A stretch of 63,768 nucleotides of DNA, the filler included, from Octopus bimaculoides (lineage: Eukaryota): the NCBI RefSeq assembly GCF_001194135.2. It is 6 parts of 6 records of this genome, joined end to end, with 100 filler letters (N's around TTAATTAATTAA, not from the genome) between each part and the next. Parts side by side here need not be neighbours in the genome. Positions count along the whole stretch, not along the records: positions 60,257 to 61,844 come from NC_068996.1; positions 61,945 to 63,768 come from NW_026341716.1; 4 more parts are not named here. One strand, written 5' to 3'. The notes under the pieces were generated by a model, which ran no database searches, was not told the origin of the DNA, and saw nothing but the letters and a program-made list of their open reading frames with translations. This document shows positions 61,086-63,768 of the stretch, in pieces. Position 1 is the first letter of the stretch. Each line of letters begins with the position of its first letter. A program made the position numbers and the translations under genes.

Positions 61086-63055
61086 GAAACAAGCGTAGAG
61101 CCCTTACCTTTGCGTTGCCTCAGGTATGTCCTTCGTCAATGTTAGCACTTTGTACGTCAGCTGATTCTTGGACCACTTGCTTTTACCTGAATTTAATGAG
61201 ATAATAATAATAATAATAATTATTATTATTATTATTGTTCAGTAGTTTTANNNNNNNNNNNNNNNNNNNNNNNNNNNNNNNNNNNNNNNNNNNNNNNNNN
61301 NNNNNNNNNNNNNNNNNNNNNNNNNNNNNNNNNNNNNNNNNNNNNNNNNNTAGGGGTCAACTGGTTAAAGGCATTGAGTTCTTTTTCTCGATGTCTCAAT
61401 GTTTTCTTTTTACTAACGCCACTAGGGATTAATTTGACGTTGGCAGTACTTGAACTCACAAAAGTGAGAGGCAGAATTATCTCTAGATGCTAACACTCTA
61501 GAATTATCTCTAGATGCTAAAATCTCCAAGAAGTTAAGGAGATTTTAGGTATAATTATACTAATGTGTCCATCTGTTTCAATTTAATTAAATTCTATGTC
61601 TCTGTGCAGCTGAAGATTGCTCTACATTTAAATTGATGTAATGATTGTATTGTTAAATTAAATGGAGTTGCATGAAACGATCGTACTGCATTACTTCTGG
61701 ATATCCTTGCTGCTTATTTTGATTTTAATCACCTTACTTTGAAATTGTATGGATAATACCGTACTAAATTCTGGTGCCTCAACTTAAGTACCATATTCAT
61801 CCGAATCTAAATGTTTGCAATATATATATATATATATATATATANNNNNNNNNNNNNNNNNNNNNNNNNNNNNNNNNNNNNNNNNNNNTTAATTAATTAA
61901 NNNNNNNNNNNNNNNNNNNNNNNNNNNNNNNNNNNNNNNNNNNNCAGCATGGCCACAGTCAAATGACTGAAGCAAGTAAAAGAGAGTAAAAGAGGACATC
62001 TACATAATATATTCATGGAATACCAGATAAGCCACCCATACCTGGATACTACTCACTCAACAAAACTTGACTTTAAAAGGATTTAGATACTCCTATCAGG
62101 TGGTGCTATTAAGTTAGACATGGCCTGGACCAATCTTTGGTCGAAACATATCTAAGTTTTATCTAAGTTTGATATATATATATATATATTATAATAATTT
62201 TCCCAGAGGATGTAGCAACCGTTACCAATATAGCATAAGAACTTACCTTAGGAGATCATTAACTAGATTCCTTAAGGGTCGTTCTCACAGTTTATATTTA
62301 TATTATAAGGTTTTTAAACTTTTAAATTTTCATATTCAAAAGAGACAGAGACTTCAAATTCGATATATCGATTTATTCACCACTCTATGTTAACATTTCT
62401 GTGCCAAACTTATCTAGTGACTGGTCCATTGGATTTAGACATNNNNNNNNNNNNNNNNNNNNNNNNNNNNNNNNNNNNNNNNNNNNNNNNNNNNNNNNNN
62501 NNNNNNNNNNNNNNNNNNNNNNNNNNNNNNNNNNNNNNNNNNNNNNNNNNNNNNNNNNNNNNNNNNNNNNNNNNNNNNNNNNNNNNNNNNNNNNNNNNNN
62601 NNNNNNNNNNNNNNNNNNNNNNNNNNNNNNNNNNNNNNNNNNNNNNNNNNNNNNNNNNNNNNNNNNNNNNNNNNNNNNNNNNNNNNNNNNNNNNNNNNNN
62701 NNNNNNNNNNNNNNNNNNNNNNNNNNNNNNNNNNNNNNNNNNNNNNNNNNNNNNNNNNNNNNNNNNNNNNNNNNNNNNNNNNAATGATGAAAATGCACCT
62801 AAATTTGAAAAGCTCGTAATTGTTTAAGATACATTTATTTACATACATATAACAAACTAGTTCCAACAATATTTTTTGTTTATCAATGGTAAAAGTTTAA
62901 AACTCTGAATTAGGAAAAAAATCTTTAAAAATGTCAATGTTGACAAATTAACATGTTCAAAACTTATAAATTTAGCATGATGAACTAGGAGGACAGGTGC
63001 AAGTTTGAATGTTCATAGCAGTCAATAATATTAAAACTGTATACCGATTTCTAAA

Positions 63056-63095
<40 letters not shown>

Positions 63096-63419
63096 CATTT
63101 GTGCTTCATAGCTGACAATTGTTTCAGCTATCCCACAGTGACTAACGTTGCGTAATGTGTACAAACATATTCGTTGTTAATGGTCAAATCGTATGTGTTT
63201 TGCAATATAGCAACATAGCCATGCATGAAAATTGTGTCAGCGGTGCTTTTTACGAAAGCAATATTTTATAATACAGGACGTTGGAAAGAGTTCATGTACA
63301 TAAACAATATATTATATATGACCAGATCATTAATAACGTGAATGTCTATAAGCAAAACGCAAGATTAGTCACCGTGGAATTGCTGAAACACTTGCCAACT
63401 ATAGAGGAAAAAATAATAT

Positions 63420-63725
63420 TTATTTCTTTATTGCCCACAGGGGGCTAAACATAGAGGGGACAAAGAAGGAGAAACGAAGGTATTTAGTCGGTTGCATCGA
63501 CCCCAGTGCTTAAGTGTGTTGTGTCGACGCCCCCAGACATAACAAACTGGTACTTATTTAATCGACCCCGAAAGTATGAAAGGCCAAGTCGACCTCGGCG
63601 AAATTTGAATTCAGAACGTAAAGACCCGAGGCTTTAGTAGAAGGCACTTGCCCTCTGTGCTACGCAGTGGGACTGAACCCCAGAACCATGTGGTTAAGAA
63701 GCAAGTTTCTTAACACACAACCACA
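63420..63725 (-). mobile_element. Composite SINE: family A head fused to family E body and tail
   Basis: Head GGTTCAGTCCCACTGCG...AGCCTCGG is joined directly to TCTTTACGTTCTGAATTCAAATTTCGCCGAGGTCGAC...AAGTACCAG. Confidence 0.7.
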
Positions 63726-63728
63726 CCG

Positions 63729-63768
<40 letters not shown>

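Noticed and set aside
61735-61800. Minus-strand LKLRHQNLVRY resembling a kinase motif
   Set aside because: Only 21 codons, no acceptor, and no other kinase exons in the window.
62115-62160. GACCAA-TCT-TTGGTC-GAAACATATC hammerhead-like stem
   Set aside because: There is no CTGANGA box upstream.

Overview
This window is repeat-dense, AT-rich eukaryotic scaffold DNA with many N gaps. The SINE/LINE content and microsatellite load suggest an octopus (coleoid cephalopod) genome; that is an inference, not a database result. Almost every ORF in the supplied track is a microsatellite or N-gap artefact, or a transposon fragment. The main hidden feature is a spliced minus-strand gene for a non-classical cadherin. 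Four short GT-AG exons (11485-11622, 9809-9893, 3154-3254, 326-391) splice in frame into one complete, divergent cadherin (EC) repeat. Weaker candidate upstream exons lie at 15777-15850, 17741-17848, 21266-21344 and 45022-45127 (possible start and signal peptide). The gene continues past the left edge of the window. The introns hold decayed Tx1/L1, RTE, BovB-like, R4/Dong and Penelope retroelements; mariner, maT (DD37D), Tc1 (DD36E spacing) and hAT DNA transposons; several MITEs and hairpins; and modular tRNA-derived SINEs. No CRISPR array, rRNA or intact tRNA gene is supported. All calls come from reading and hand translation; no searches were run.
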